The position numbers were made by a program, and so were the translations under genes. Of a DNA stretch of 64,000 bases, positions 12,976-24,894 are shown one piece after another. The stretch is from positions 63,054,001-63,118,000 of the forward strand of contig CM126208.1 in assembly GCA_052327205.1 (NCBI GenBank), in the 5' to 3' direction. The notes beneath the pieces were generated by a model that worked only from the letters and a program-made list of their open reading frames with translations, had not been told where the DNA came from and did no database searches. The stretch's first letter is position 1; each line of letters begins with the position of its first letter. The stretch comes from Somniosus microcephalus (taxonomy: Eukaryota).

Positions 12976-13484
12976 ATGAACCGAGAGACGGAAATTTCAA
13001 GAAATCCACAAAACACAGGAGATGTGCGATGAATTTTTAAAACAGAGATTCAGCTCCACCACCCCCCACCCGCATCCCCCAAGGTTACTGGCTTTAATTT
13101 CAGTTGTGGAACTGGAAGATGCTACAAAACACATTCAGGGCAATCACCTCCTGCATTTAAACAAAACATATTTTCCACTCATTAATACAATGCTGTGTTA
13201 CTTTGCCAATGGCTTTGCAGAACACCATGCTGCTGGGCCCTCTATTCACAAAGCGAGAACGAATGACGTTATAGTCCATCTGTTTTGAATCAGGTTCTTC
13301 AACTACAGCCAAATCTCTCAATCAGATGTTCCACAGCACTGAAAGAAAAATACTAGAAAACCCGACAGGGACTGATTTCCTCTGATTTCCTTTGATTTAC
13401 ACAACTGTTTACAAAAGTTTGCTTAGCTGCAAGCTTACACACGGACAGACAGACACAGACACCACACCACACACACACACACCA

Positions 13485-13680
13485 ACAACTTGCATTTATC
13501 TAGCGCCTTTAATGTAGTAAAACGTCCCAAGACACCTCATAGGAGCATTATCAAACAAAATGAGCCACATAAGGAGATAGTAGGGCAGATGAACAAAAGC
13601 TTGGTCCAAGAAGTAGGTTTTAAGCAGCATCTTAAATGAGGAAAGAGAGATAGAGAAGAGAAAGGCAGAGAGGTTTACAC
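13485..13680 (-). mobile_element. L2 LINE 3' end
   Basis: Reverse complement of the L2 tail at 38000-38185, next to a CA microsatellite. Confidence 0.75.
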
Positions 13681-13907
13681 ACACAAACAGACAACTATTT
13701 CTGGAACATGTTTAAAAATAACATTTTTAAGAAAGCTTACTAAAAAAGAGCTTCGGGTTTATAGAGGGGTTCCCTATCCAGAGACATACCTTGAGATTCC
13801 AGAAAACATTATGGCCCTGACATCTGGAATTTTGCAGACTAATATGGCTGCAATGAATCATCTCTTTAGTTTCCTTCCCTCGTCCTTCACTTCCATTTTG
13901 TAATTTA

Positions 13908-14130
13908 GTTCTCCTGGCCAATATTTATTCCTCAACAACACCACCAAAGCAGATGGATTGTTCATTTCTCTCATTGCTGTTTGTGGGACCTTGCTTTGCA
14001 GACTGTCTGCCGCGTTTGCCTACATAACAACAGTGACTACTCTTCAAAAGTAATTCATTGGCTGTGATGCGGTTTGGGATGTCCTGAGGATGTGAAAGGC
14101 GCTATATAAAGGCAAGCTCTTTTTTTTTTT
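13908..14130 (+). mobile_element. Deu-domain SINE, 3' half
   Basis: Matches the 3' half of 39046-39505. Confidence 0.8.
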
Positions 14131-14627
14131 TAAGTGCAGTGAGATGTGCCTGAGTACCACAGGCAGTGAAAATTATGGTTTCTGAGTGATAACAAATCAC
14201 TTGCCCTAATCATAACCCAGTTCAGTTAATTATTTAATCATTTTTTGAGCCAACTGTTTAGGTGTTTTTCCAAGATATTTTCTTCCATCCTTTTCTGCCA
14301 ATTTTTTCCCGTCCCCTCGCTGTTTCTGAGGAACCTCAGCCTTTGTTAGGGTACAGTCGCCCTCTGCTACCTCACCCAAGTAACCATTCTTCCCGTGTAA
14401 ACTTCGAAATTGAGTAACGGCAGGCCACTTGACTGTGACCGGAACAAAGCCAAGCATGATATTCCCTGGAAGTCCACAAACGCACTTTTTATCTCGTGTT
14501 GTTGAGTAGCAATCAGTAGTGGGAACCGCGACCATTCCCCTCCCCAATTGGTAGCACCCCAAACGAGATCAGCTAACTGAACTTGGCCAAGAGGTCGAAT
14601 CTGGGACCTTCCTGTTTTACATGGCTC

Positions 14628-15263
14628 ATAGGGCTTTAAACTAAATAGTGGGGGGCAGGGATACGCTGAGCGGAAATTTAAAGAGTCAATGAAAAATGAG
14701 AAGGCAAAAGTGCAGGGTAGCGATAGGTGTAATGATAACCAGAGTGTGACAGGAAGGGACAGAGCGTATACACATAAGAGTGCATCAGAAAGAGGGGTCA
14801 GAGTAGGGAAAAATGGTAAAAAGACAAAATTAAAAGCTCTATATCTGAACGCACGTAGCATTCGCAACAAGATAGATGAGTTGACAGCACAAACAGAAAT
14901 AAATGTGTATGATCTGATAGCCATTACAGAGACGTGGTTGCAAGGTGACCAAGGCTGGAAACTGAATATTCAGGGGTATTTGCCATTTCGTAAGGATAGG
15001 CAGAAAGGAAAATGAGGTGGTGTAGCTCTGTTAATAAGGGATGAGATCAGTGCAGTAATGAGAAATGATATTGGCCCAGAAGATCAAGACGTAGAATCAG
15101 TTTGGGTGGAGATAAGAAATAATAAGGGTAAGAAGTCACTGGTGGGAGTGGTCTACAGGCCCCCAAACAGTAGCCACACTGTAGCACAGAGAATAAATCA
15201 AGAAATAATAGAGGCTTGTAAGAAAGGTACGGCTATAATCATGGAAGATTTTAATCTTCATAT
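14628..15263 (+). mobile_element. CR1 LINE, 5' part (end of ORF1 and APE endonuclease), interrupted by Gypsy
   Basis: LYLNARSIRNK, AITETWL, VYRPPN and (G/E)DFN endonuclease motifs; premature TGA at 15013. Confidence 0.9.
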
Positions 15264-15478
15264 TGTGGTAAACCACTGTTTGTATTCCACTGTGTACATG
15301 CCTGGACATGCCTCGGCTGACTCCTCCCACAAGTCCTAGTATAAAGGTGACTGCTCCCCAGCCCCTTTGTATTCTGGACCGGTCGACCACTCGAGGCAGA
15401 CCTTCATTCTTTTGTTAATAAAAGCCTTTAGTTACTCTCTTAACTCTCAGTCTTTTACGAGTAATTGATAGCGCATCA
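15264..15478 (+). repeat. 5' LTR
   Basis: TGTGGTAAAC...GCGCATCA; TATAAA near 15340, AATAAA at 15417-15422. Confidence 0.97.
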
Positions 15479-15501
15479 ATTTTATTAACAAAATTTTTAT
15501 A

Positions 15502-16830
15502 ATGGAGAAGATCCTCACACCAGCATGCCTGGACTTAGATCATCGGGAGGCGGACTCATCCACCAAGTTTACTCACTGGCTTAAGTGTTTCGAAAAATTC
15601 CTGACCGCCTCCGCAGCAATCAAATCGGACGAGGACAAACTGGATGTCCTGACCTCCAAAGTGAACCACCAAGTGTACTCGGTCATCCAAGACGCGACCT
15701 CGTACGCGGACGCTATCAAGCTCCTCAAGGACCAGTACACGCGCCCAGTGAACGAAGTGTACGCCAGGCACCTTCTGGGGAGTCGTAAACAACAACCTGG
15801 GGAATCGACCGTGGAATACCTTCAGGCACTGTCTGTGCTTGGCCGGGCCTGTGGTTGTAAGGATGTAAAGGCCGCCGTGTACATAGAGGAACTTATCCGG
15901 GACGCTTTTGTAGCGGGCCACAGATCCAATTACACCCGACAGCGACTGTTGGAGCAGAGTGACCTCGACCTCAACAAGGCCTCTGAACTCGCACTATCAC
16001 TGGATGCAGCCTACCGGGGCATGGATGCCTACTCCTCTGCACCGTGGACGCCGCGGGGAATGACAGCCTGGGACACGGTAGGACCGCCTCATAGCGCCGT
16101 GCCACCCCAGCCACGGCTCAACTACCGCAGCAGTGTCCCAAGGCCAGACAGCAGTGCCCCAAGGCCAGAAATGCTACTTCTGTGGCCAGGCAAAACACCC
16201 CAGAGCGCGCTGCCCGGCGAAAAACGCGATCTGCTCGGGCTGCGGGAAGAAGGGACACTACGCTAACGTCTGCAGGGCCAAAGCCACCCCGAACCCCAGC
16301 AGCGCCGCGTGTGGGCCATGCGGGCCGCCATCTTGGGCCTCCCCGGCCATGTGCGAACCACCGGTACAGCAGCCATTTTGGCCGCCTCCAGCCACATGGG
16401 GATCATGGACGCCGCCATCTTGGACGACAGCCGGAACGCAGCAGGCCCCCAACACCGCCTCATCTGATACCTGCAGCGACACACCGACCCCTACGCTGGC
16501 ATCCGTTACACTGGACCAAGCGAGACCGCACCAGCTGGCCAGCTCCACAATGGACATTAAGGTAAATGGCCACGATACAATCTGCCTTTTTGACTCTGGG
16601 AGCACGGAGAGCTTCATCCACCCCGACACGGTGCGGCGTTGCTCTCTCCCAGTCCTGCCTGCGTACCAGCGGATTTCTATGGCCTCCGAGTCCCAGTCGG
16701 CGGACATCGGCGGCTACTGCGTAGTGACACTCGTAGTAGACGGGACCGTGTACGATCATTTTAAACTTCTGGTCCTGCCCGACCTCTGCGCTGCCGTCCT
16801 GCTGGGGTTAGATTTTCAGTGCCACCTTAA
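15502..16830 (+). pseudogene. gag: Gypsy Gag plus aspartic protease (frameshift ~16100)
   Basis: Gag in ORF 15502-16266; two CX2CX4HX4C knuckles (CYFCGQAKHPRARC, CSGCGKKGHYANVC) and protease LFDSGST in ORF 16133-16957. Confidence 0.9.
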
Positions 16831-19322
16831 GTGTTACGATTGCGTACGGTGGACCCCTACCCCCACTCACAGTCCGCAGCCAGCAGCTCCCAAATTGCCC
16901 GCCGCGCACCAGGTGCAACCTCTCCACACTCAGTCACCCCCCCCCACTGTTTGCTAACCTCACCCCCGACTCTAAGCCCATCGTCACAAAGAGCAGGCGA
17001 TACAGTGCCGGGGACAGGGTTTTCATTAAAACCGAAGTGGAGCGGCTCCTGAAGGAAGGGATTATTGAGGGCAGCACCAGCCCCTGGCGAGCCCAGGTTG
17101 TGGTCGTTAAGACCGGCGAGAAGCAGCGCCTGGTCATCGACTACAGCCAGACAATAAATCGCTACACCCTGCTGGACGCCTACCCACTCCCCCGCATAGC
17201 TGATATGGTCAACCAGATCGCGCAGTACCGCGTCTTCTCGACCATTGACCTGAAATCAGCGTACCACCAGCTCCCTATCCGCCCTGAGGACCGCCAGTAT
17301 ACTGCCTTTGAGGCAAACGGCCGCCTCTACCACTTCCTTAGGGTTCCCTTTGGCGTCACCAATGGGGTCTCCGTCTTCCAAAGGGAGATGGACCGGATGG
17401 TAGATCAAAATGCGTTGCAGGCCACTTTCCCATATCTGGACAATGTGACCATCTGCGGCCGTGACTTGCAGGACCATGACGCAAACCTCGAAAAATTCCT
17501 CCGCACCGCCCAACTCCTGAACCTGACATATAACAAGGAGAAGTGCATATTTCGCACAAACCGCCTCGCCATCCTTGGCTGTGTTGTGGAACACGGAGTC
17601 ATCGGCCCCGACCCCGACCGGATGCGTCCCCTTATGGAACTCCCACTGCCCCACTGCCTCAAGGCCCTGAAGAGGTGCCTAGGGTTTTTCTCCTATTATG
17701 CCCAGTGGGTCCCCTACTATGCGGACAAGGCCAATCCGCTGATCAAGTCCACCTCTTTTCCCTTGACGGCAGAGGCCCGCTTAGCCTTCCACCGTATCAA
17801 GGAAGACATTGCCAAAGCCACCACCCACGCAGTGGACGAATCCATCCCCTTCCAGGTGGAAAGCGACGCGTCCGACTTTGCCCTGGTCGCTACCCTCAAT
17901 CAGGCGGGGAGACCCGTGGCCTTCTTTTCACGAACCCTCCAAGGCCCGGAGACCAGACACTCCACTGTTGAGAAGGAGGCCCAGGCGATTGTGGAGGCTG
18001 TGCGTCATTGGAGGCACTACCTGGCCGGAAAACGATTTGCCCTGCTCACTGACCAACGTTCAGTTGCTTTCATGTTTAACAACAAGCAGAGGGGCAAAAT
18101 CAAAAATGACAAGATCTTGAGGTGGAGAATCGAACTTTCCACCTACAATTACGAGATCTTGTACCGGCCTGGGAAGCTCAATGAACCCCCGGATGCGCTA
18201 TCGCGTGGCACCTGCGCCAGCACGCAGATCGATAGACTGCGGGCCCTCCACAATGACCTCTGCCACCCAGGGGTCACCAGGTTCTTCCACTTCATCAAGG
18301 CCCGCAACCTGCCTTACTCTATTGAGGAGGTCAGGACCATGACCAGGAACTGCCAAGTCTGCGCTGAGTGCAAACCGCACTTTTATAGACCAGACAGGGC
18401 CCACCTGATAAAAGCCACTCGCCCCTTCGAGCGCCTGAGCGTTGATTTTAAAGGGCCTCTCCCCTCCTCCGACCGCAATGTGTACTTCCTCAATATTATT
18501 GATGAGTACTCCCGTTTCCCGTTCGCCATCCCCTGCCCGGACATGACCAGTGCCACGGTCATTAAATGTCTGAACGACCTCTTCACCCTGTTCGGTTTCC
18601 CCAGCTATATCCATAGCGACCGGGGCTCATCGTTTATGAGCGACGAACTCCGTCAGTACCTGCTAACTAGGGGTATTGCCACAAGCAGGACCACCAGTTA
18701 CAACCCCCGGGGGAACGGACAGGTGGAAAGAGAAAATGCGACAGTTTGGAAGGCCGCCCTGCTAGCCTTAAAGTCTAGGGGCCTTCCAACCTCCCGCTGG
18801 CAGGATGTGCTCCCCGATGCGCTCCACTCTATTCGGTCACTGCTCTGCACTGCCACTAACGCCACCCCTCATGAGAAAATGTTTGTCTTCCCAAGGAAGT
18901 CCACATCGGGGACATCGCTACCGCCATGGCTGACGTCCCCAGGGCCGGTCCTACTGAGAAGGCACGTGAGGACCCATAAAACGGACCCCCTGGTCGAGAG
19001 GGTCGACCTCCTCCACGCCAACCCCCAGTATGCTTACATTGCATACCCGGACGGGCGGGAGGACACAGTCTCCATAAGAGACCTTGCACCCTCGGGGGCC
19101 GCAGTAACCCACTACTCACTGCCACCCCCCCCCCCCCACGATCCGATATCCAGCCCCAGCAGACGGCAGGCCTGGGCCCAGCGACCCGCTCGACACCTAC
19201 GAGGACGACACGCCTGTGCCACAGCCTATGCGGGACTCGACGCCGGAAGCTCCACTACCCCTGCCGTCTCCACGCCGATCACAGCGGCAGACAAGACCTC
19301 CGGAGAGACTCCAATACACTAA
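16830..19322 (+). CDS. pol: Gypsy Pol: reverse transcriptase, RNase H, integrase (frameshifted relative to the protease)
   Basis: IDLKSAYHQ, PFGVTNG, YLDN, ESDASD, HHCC (LHNDLCH...CQVC), integrase D-D-E (VDFKGP, HSDRGSSF, GQVERE). Confidence 0.93.
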   Translation, partial: SVTIAYGGPLPPLTVRSQQLPNCPPRTRCNLSTLSHPPPLFANLTPDSKPIVTKSRRYSAGDRVFIKTEVERLLKEGIIEGSTSPWRAQVVVVKTGEKQRLVIDYSQTINRYTLLDAYPLPRIADMVNQIAQYRVFSTIDLKSAYHQLPIRPEDRQYTAFEANGRLYHFLRVPFGVTNGVSVFQREMDRMVDQNALQATFPYLDNVTICGRDLQDHDANLEKFLRTAQLLNLTYNKEKCIFRTNRLAILGCVVEHGVIGPDPDRMRPLMELPLPHCLKALKRCLGFFSYYAQWVPYYADKANPLIKSTSFPLTAEARLAFHRIKEDIAKATTHAVDESIPFQVESDASDFALVATLNQAGRPVAFFSRTLQGPETRHSTVEKEAQAIVEAVRHWRHYLAGKRFALLTDQRSVAFMFNNKQRGKIKNDKILRWRIELSTYNYEILYRPGKLNEPPDALSRGTCASTQIDRLRALHNDLCHPGVTRFFHFIKARNLPYSIEEVRTMTRNCQVCAECKPHFYRPDRAHLIKATRPFERLSVDFKGPLPSSDRNVYFLNIIDEYSRFPFAIPCPDMTSATVIKCLNDLFTLFGFPSYIHSDRGSSFMSDELRQYLLTRGIATSRTTSYNPRGNGQVERENATVWKAALLALKSRGLPTSRWQDVLPDALHSIRSLLCTATNATPHEKMFVFPRKSTSGTSLPPWLTSPGPVLLRRHVRTHKTDPLVERVDLLHANPQYAYIAYPDGREDTVSIRDLAPSGAAVTHYSLPPPPPHDPISSPSRRQAWAQRPARHLRGRHACATAYAGLDAGSSTTPAVSTPITAADKTSGETPIH

Positions 19323-19371
19323 CTTTTAATACACTTCACCCCGCCGGACTCAATTTTAAACAAGGGGTGAA

Positions 19372-19586
19372 TGTGGTAAACCACTGTTTGTATTCCACTG
19401 TGTACATGCCTGGACATGCCTCGGCTGACTCCTCCCACAAGTCCTAGTATAAAGGTGACTGCTCCCCAGCCCCTTTGTATTCTGGACCGGTCGACCACTC
19501 GAGGCAGACCTTCATTCTTTTGTTAATAAAAGCCTTTAGTTACTCTCTTAACTCTCAGTCTTTTATGAGTAATTGATAGCGCATCA
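19372..19586 (+). repeat. 3' LTR
   Basis: Identical to the 5' LTR except one C/T at a CpG (TTACGAG vs TTATGAG). Confidence 0.97.
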
Positions 19587-21035
19587 CATATTGATTGGAC
19601 AAAGCAAATTGGCAAAGGTAGACTTGAGGAACAGTTCTTAGTGTATACGGGATGGGTTCTTGGAACAATATGTTGTGGAACCAACCAGGGAGAAGACTAT
19701 TTTAGATCTGGTAATGTCTAATGAGGTTGGATTAATAAGTGATCTTGAAGTGAAGGATCCTCTTGGGAAGAGTGATCATAGCATGGTAGAATTTCAAATT
19801 CAGTTTGAGGGTGAGAAAGCTAGGTCTCAAACTAGTGTCCTAAACTTAAACAAAGGTAATTACAAAGGTATGAAGGCAGACTTGGTTAAAGTGGACTGGG
19901 AAAATATATTACAGGGTAAGACTGTAGAAAAGCAGCGGCATTTAAGGAGATATTTCATAACTCTCACAAAGATATATTCCAGTGCGAAAGAAAGACTCTA
20001 AGAGAAGGATGAACCATCCATGGCTAACTAAGGAAGTAAAGGATGGTATCAAATTGAAAACAAAAGCACACAATGTTGCGAAGAATAGTGAAAGGCCAGA
20101 GGATTGGGAAATTTTTAAAAAGCGTCAAAGGACAACTAAAAAAATGATAGAGAGAAGATAGCTTATGAGAGTAAGCTAGCACGAAATATAAAAATAGACA
20201 GTAAGAGCTTCTACAGGTATATAAAAAGAGAGTAGCTAAAGTAAACGTTGGTCCCCTAGAGGATGTGTCTGGGGAATTAATAATGGGAAATGGCGGAGAC
20301 CTTGAACAAATATTTTCTATCGGTCTTCACGGTAGAAGACACTAAAAGCATCCCAATAATGGATAATCAAGCTGCTATTGGGGTGGGGGGGAATTTAAAA
20401 CAATCACTAGAGGGAAAGTACTAGGCAAACTAATGGGACTAAAGGTTGTCAAGTCCTCTGGACCCGATGGCGTGCATCCTGGAGTCTTAAAAGAGGTGTC
20501 TGCAGAGATAGTGGATGCATTAGTTGTAATCTACCAAAATTTCCTAGATTCTGAAAAGGTCCCAGCAGACTGGAAAACCTCAAATGTAACGCCCCTATTT
20601 AAAAAAGGAGGGAGACAGAAAGCAGGCAACTATCGACCAGTAAGCCTAACATCTGTCATTGAGAAAATGCTGGAGTCCATCATTAAGGAAGAGATAGCAG
20701 GACATTCAGAAAATCATAACATAGTCAAGCAGAGTCAGCATGGTTATATGAAAGGGAAATCATGTTTGACAAATTTGCTGGAGTTCTTTGAGGATGTAAC
20801 GAGCAGGGTGTATAAAGGGGAACCAGTAAACGGAGTGAGACTACAAAATGCTGCGGTACAAAGGGATCTGGGGGTCCTAGTACATGAAACACAAAAAGTT
20901 AGCATGCAGGTACACCAAGTAATTAGGAAGGCTAATGGAATGTTGGCCTTTATTGCAAGGGGTATGGAGTATAAAAGTAGGGAAGTTTTGATGCAACTTT
21001 ACAGGGCGCTGGTGAGACTGCACCTGGAGTACTGC
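19587..21035 (+). mobile_element. CR1 LINE continuation (ORF2 with frameshifts and deletion of the RT core at ~20829)
   Basis: EPTREKTILDLV, KSSGPDG, NYRPVSLTS; GEPV joins directly to NGVRLQN, removing the GVPQGS/FADD region seen in the other copies. Confidence 0.9.
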
Positions 21036-21279
21036 GGTCGCGATCTAAAAATTACTTATCTTAATTACTCAACCGCCCACAACCCACCCATTCTTGGGGG
21101 TTAAAATTCCCCCCTAGGGTCGAGAGCCTGGAAAATATGCACAAACGTTTAATGCATGAATGTCAAATTCCTCTGGACGCTATTTTACTTGGAATTGTCA
21201 GTCTTCAGAATACCGTGTCTCAAAACCTTAGCTTAAAATTCCACCCTGATGACCAACTGGGAAGGTCTCCTCTATAAAT

Positions 21280-21984
21280 GGAGGAGAAATTCGGTATCGC
21301 CCCGTTTGGGGCGCAATTATCGGCCGGGCGCAAAGTTTAGCGCCTGGCGCTAATTATCGCCTCCGACTGCAAACTTGGCTTCTATCGCCCCTGGAGGTGA
21401 TTGGAGCGCTAAATCAGGCACTACACACCTGTCTTAAGGCACTAACACCGAGGAGAAAGGCGCTAACTCAGAGTGCGCGCAAAGCTCAGGTGATGTCAGT
21501 CAACAATGGAACACAGGCAGATTGGCGTCAGCCAGTTCTTAAAGGGGAGGGTCGATCTTGCTCTCCAGCCACCTCCTGCTCATTGCAGCCTTGAATCTCG
21601 GCTTGGAGAGATCTATACATCAATTCTGCTGGAAGGAACAATGGAGATGCCATGGTAAAGAGCTCAGAGTGCAGCCCCCATAGTTTCTTCTAAATCGATG
21701 CAAGGAAGGTCAAATCAAAATGAACCTGCAAAGCGCTGCTCAGTACCCAAAACTCCTTCACACAGCGTTGAATCTCTCCAGAAGTCTCTTTCTCTCTCTC
21801 AGAATGCGTGGTGCAAAAATGTCGCCGACAAAAAATGGCAGTAAGCGGCCGCCTTTAAATAGCGCTCCCCCAGTTTCTTCCCGACTGCAAAACGTTCCCC
21901 TCTACCTATCGTTACTAGCGGCAGGCGGAAAGGCAGGGGGCGCCACTCAATATCCAGTCCGGGGCACTACCGAATTTTTCCCCC
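21280..21984. mobile_element. Non-autonomous PIF/Harbinger-type MITE
   Basis: TIRs GGAGGAGAAATTCGGTA / TACCGAATTTTTCCCCC, flanks AAT/TAT; GCGCAAAGTTTAGCGCC shared with the Harbinger right end. Confidence 0.75.
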
Positions 21985-22010
21985 TATGTGTTTTGATGGT
22001 TAAAATATAA

Positions 22011-22635
22011 GGGCCTAAAAATTCGGTTACTTTGCGCTTCCCGTTGCGGCGCAAAGCAACTAGCGCCTGGGCGTGGCGCCGCCAACGCCTCCCACGAAAT
22101 TCAGCAGGTTAGCAGCAGCAGTAACCGTTAGCACCCCATCCCGCAGCGCTGTGCCACCGGCAATGACGTAATCGCCATGCGCAGCACCCCACTCGCGCCC
22201 CTGCTGCGATCTTCGGTAGTGCCCCCTGACTTGTTGCTGGATGGGGTCATGGGGCCTACCTGCAGCTGGGGCGGCGCTAATTAAATGGGAGATGCTGGGT
22301 GGCCATTTTTGTCGCTGGCCACCTGCCAGCACCTGCCCCCATTGCCGACCCCGGCCTCCTCTACAGCCCCCCCGCGGAGTGAGTGCCGGGCTCTTTTGCC
22401 GGCACTCCGATCCCTGGTGGCCCAGCTGCGCTAGGCCCCTCCCCTTTAGGAAGGGGAGGAAGGCCTGCAGTACCACGGCGCGGCATGGCGCTGCGGCAAA
22501 TAGTGCCACAATATTCACTCGCAGCGCCCCAAGAGGGAGGCGGGGCGCTTCCAGTGGCACCCCGCTTCCCTTTTGGGGCACTACCAATGAATTTCAGCTT
22601 CGGGTGGGCTAATCTTTTCGGGAGTTGCGCCCAAA
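22011..22635. mobile_element. Harbinger-type MITE, right end truncated
   Basis: Left end GGGCCTAAAAATTCGGT resembles the Harbinger TIR; colinear with 1876-2601. Confidence 0.75.
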
Positions 22636-24894
22636 AGCTATTGCTGTAGACACAAACAGAGATCCTATTATGTAAGTTATGTAATGTCATTGAACATTTC
22701 TAAGACACTTTAAACCTGGGGGGCGGGGGTGTTAAATGATTTTTAATTTGTTCTTGGGCAACACGAGCAAGGCAGTAGTTATTGTTCATCTCTAGGTGCC
22801 TCGAGGGCATTAAGAGTCAACTACATAGTGTGAAAGTGGAAGCACATGTAGGCTAGGCCAGGGAGGGGTGCAGTTTCCCTTCCCTGAAGGACATGTGAAC
22901 CAATTGGGTTCTAATGGCAGTCCGGCAGCTTCCTTTGGTGCTAGATTTATTGAATTCAATTTCACAACTTGACAGAGTTGGATTTGAACTCATGACCTCC
23001 GGTTTACCAATTCAGATTGTTACGCAGCATACTTAGCAGGTGAGGACAGCTTCGGGTTCGGTTGGGATGTGCCTGATGGTTGTCAACTTTCAAGAGGGAA
23101 TTGGATATATATAACTTGGATATATACTTGAAAAGGAACATTTGCAGCATTATGGGGGAAGTGCAGGGGGTGAGACAAATTGGATAGCTCTTTCAAAGAG
23201 CCAGCACAGGCACAGCGGGCTGAATGCTCTCCTTCTGTGCTGTCCGATACTATGATCTTATAGGCTCTTGGGTGATGTACAAAAGGGCAGCTGGTGCCTG
23301 TGCAACTGTGCAATAGCATGGGAGAGGTGGGGGGAAGAAAAGAGATGGGAAAGTTGAATTGGTTTGGAAAAGTTTATATTTCTGAAAATATTTAATCTAC
23401 TAGTTGTTCAGCTGAAAGGAAACCATGCAGCACTAAGTATTTACAAAATGGTTCTGACATCGGTACTGGTTCCTTATTTTTTCCATAAGCAAAAATGTGT
23501 GCTGCACAGCACAAGTCAGCACCATTTGTAAGAGGATAACACACACTAGTAGCAAGAGGTTGTGCTCTGAAGCTTACATGAGTTCAAATGCAAATTCAGC
23601 ATGCAGTATGTACTATCTATAGGATGGACTGCAACAATTCACCAAGGTTACTCAATATCACCTCCCAGCCCTGGTACCTCTAGCAGCAAGAAGACAAAGA
23701 GCAGAAACTTCATGGGAACTCCATCACATCCAAGGTCCCCTCCGAGTCGCATGCCATCCTGACTTGGACATATATTGCTGTCATTGCTGAGTCAAATCCT
23801 GAAATCGCCAACCTAACATCGTCCTAGAGCACCATCACTACAAGGACTTCAGTAGTTCAAGAGGACCCACTGCCATCGTATCAGGGCCACTAGGGATGGA
23901 CACTAAATGCAGTCTCTCCAGCTTCACCCACAGCCAAAGGTGACATTTAAATAGAGTGAGATAACAAATTTGTGATTTGCCTTGCAGCAAGTTCCAGATC
24001 TTAGGTGGACCACTTAAGAGTTTCATTCAAAATTATTATTTTATTATCCTCCCTATTTTCTCCCCTCTCCTTCTCAAGGTGTATGATGAGGTTCAGCTCC
24101 ACTGGTGCTGACTGCCCTCAGTACCTCAACCAAATGTCACGTGAGCCAAAATAGCAAGTATTGACAGGCTATTAGGCATCACAGTTTAGCTCCCCAATCC
24201 TGTCTTCATCTAACACTCAATCTTCTTTTTTCCTACTGGAGTCAGTGGATGATTGTCTTTCTTCTTAGTCCAAGGTCATTGTGTGCAACTGTAGCAAACC
24301 CATTGCTGCAGTTGAGATCAGCAAACTCAGCACAGAATCTGAATCAAACCTGGCTGTTTCCTGGTCTGCATGGCAGACAGCGACTCCTACTGCAAAGTGT
24401 GCCCATGTACTTCAGGTGAGGACAGAATTGAGCTTTCTGCCATCCATCATTACAGCTCAAACAATTGGATAGGTATCAGAGGATGACCAATATCCATGAA
24501 ATCATGTTCAAGTAAGAGTCAGCATCTTCACAAAGGGAGCAAATACACTTAACAGGTCTTCATCGACTGAACCATCAGAAAGGGCCCCATTTACTTTTCT
24601 TAAAATTGATAGATCTTCAGAAGTTGGCAGTGGGGATCAAGATATTTAACAACCCTCTGAACACTGTACCAACAGATTTAGTTAGTAAATTCATGCATCC
24701 CTCCACTGACACAGTTAGTAAATCTACTATCCAGTAAATGACTGATCCCTACAAAGCAGGGAAATCTAAGGTCCAAGCTCCAGTGTTGAGTAATTTACAT
24801 ACAATTACATGGAATCTTCAGCACAGAAACAGGCCATTTGGCTCAACTGGTCTATGCCAATGTTTATACACCACACACGTGTTCTCCCACTCGA

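Larger units (their letters stand above)
15264..19586 (+). mobile_element. Full-length Ty3/Gypsy LTR retrotransposon
   Basis: TG...CA LTRs of 215 bp with 1 mismatch, CATAT TSD (15259-15263 / 19587-19591), PR-RT-RH-IN order, purine-rich AAACAAGGGGTGAA before the 3' LTR. Confidence 0.97.

Noticed and set aside
16826-16835. Programmed +1 frameshift at CTT-AAG-T
   Set aside because: It does not match the Ty1 (CUU-AGG-C) or Ty3 (GCG-AGU-U) sites and lies between PR and RT; an indel is simpler
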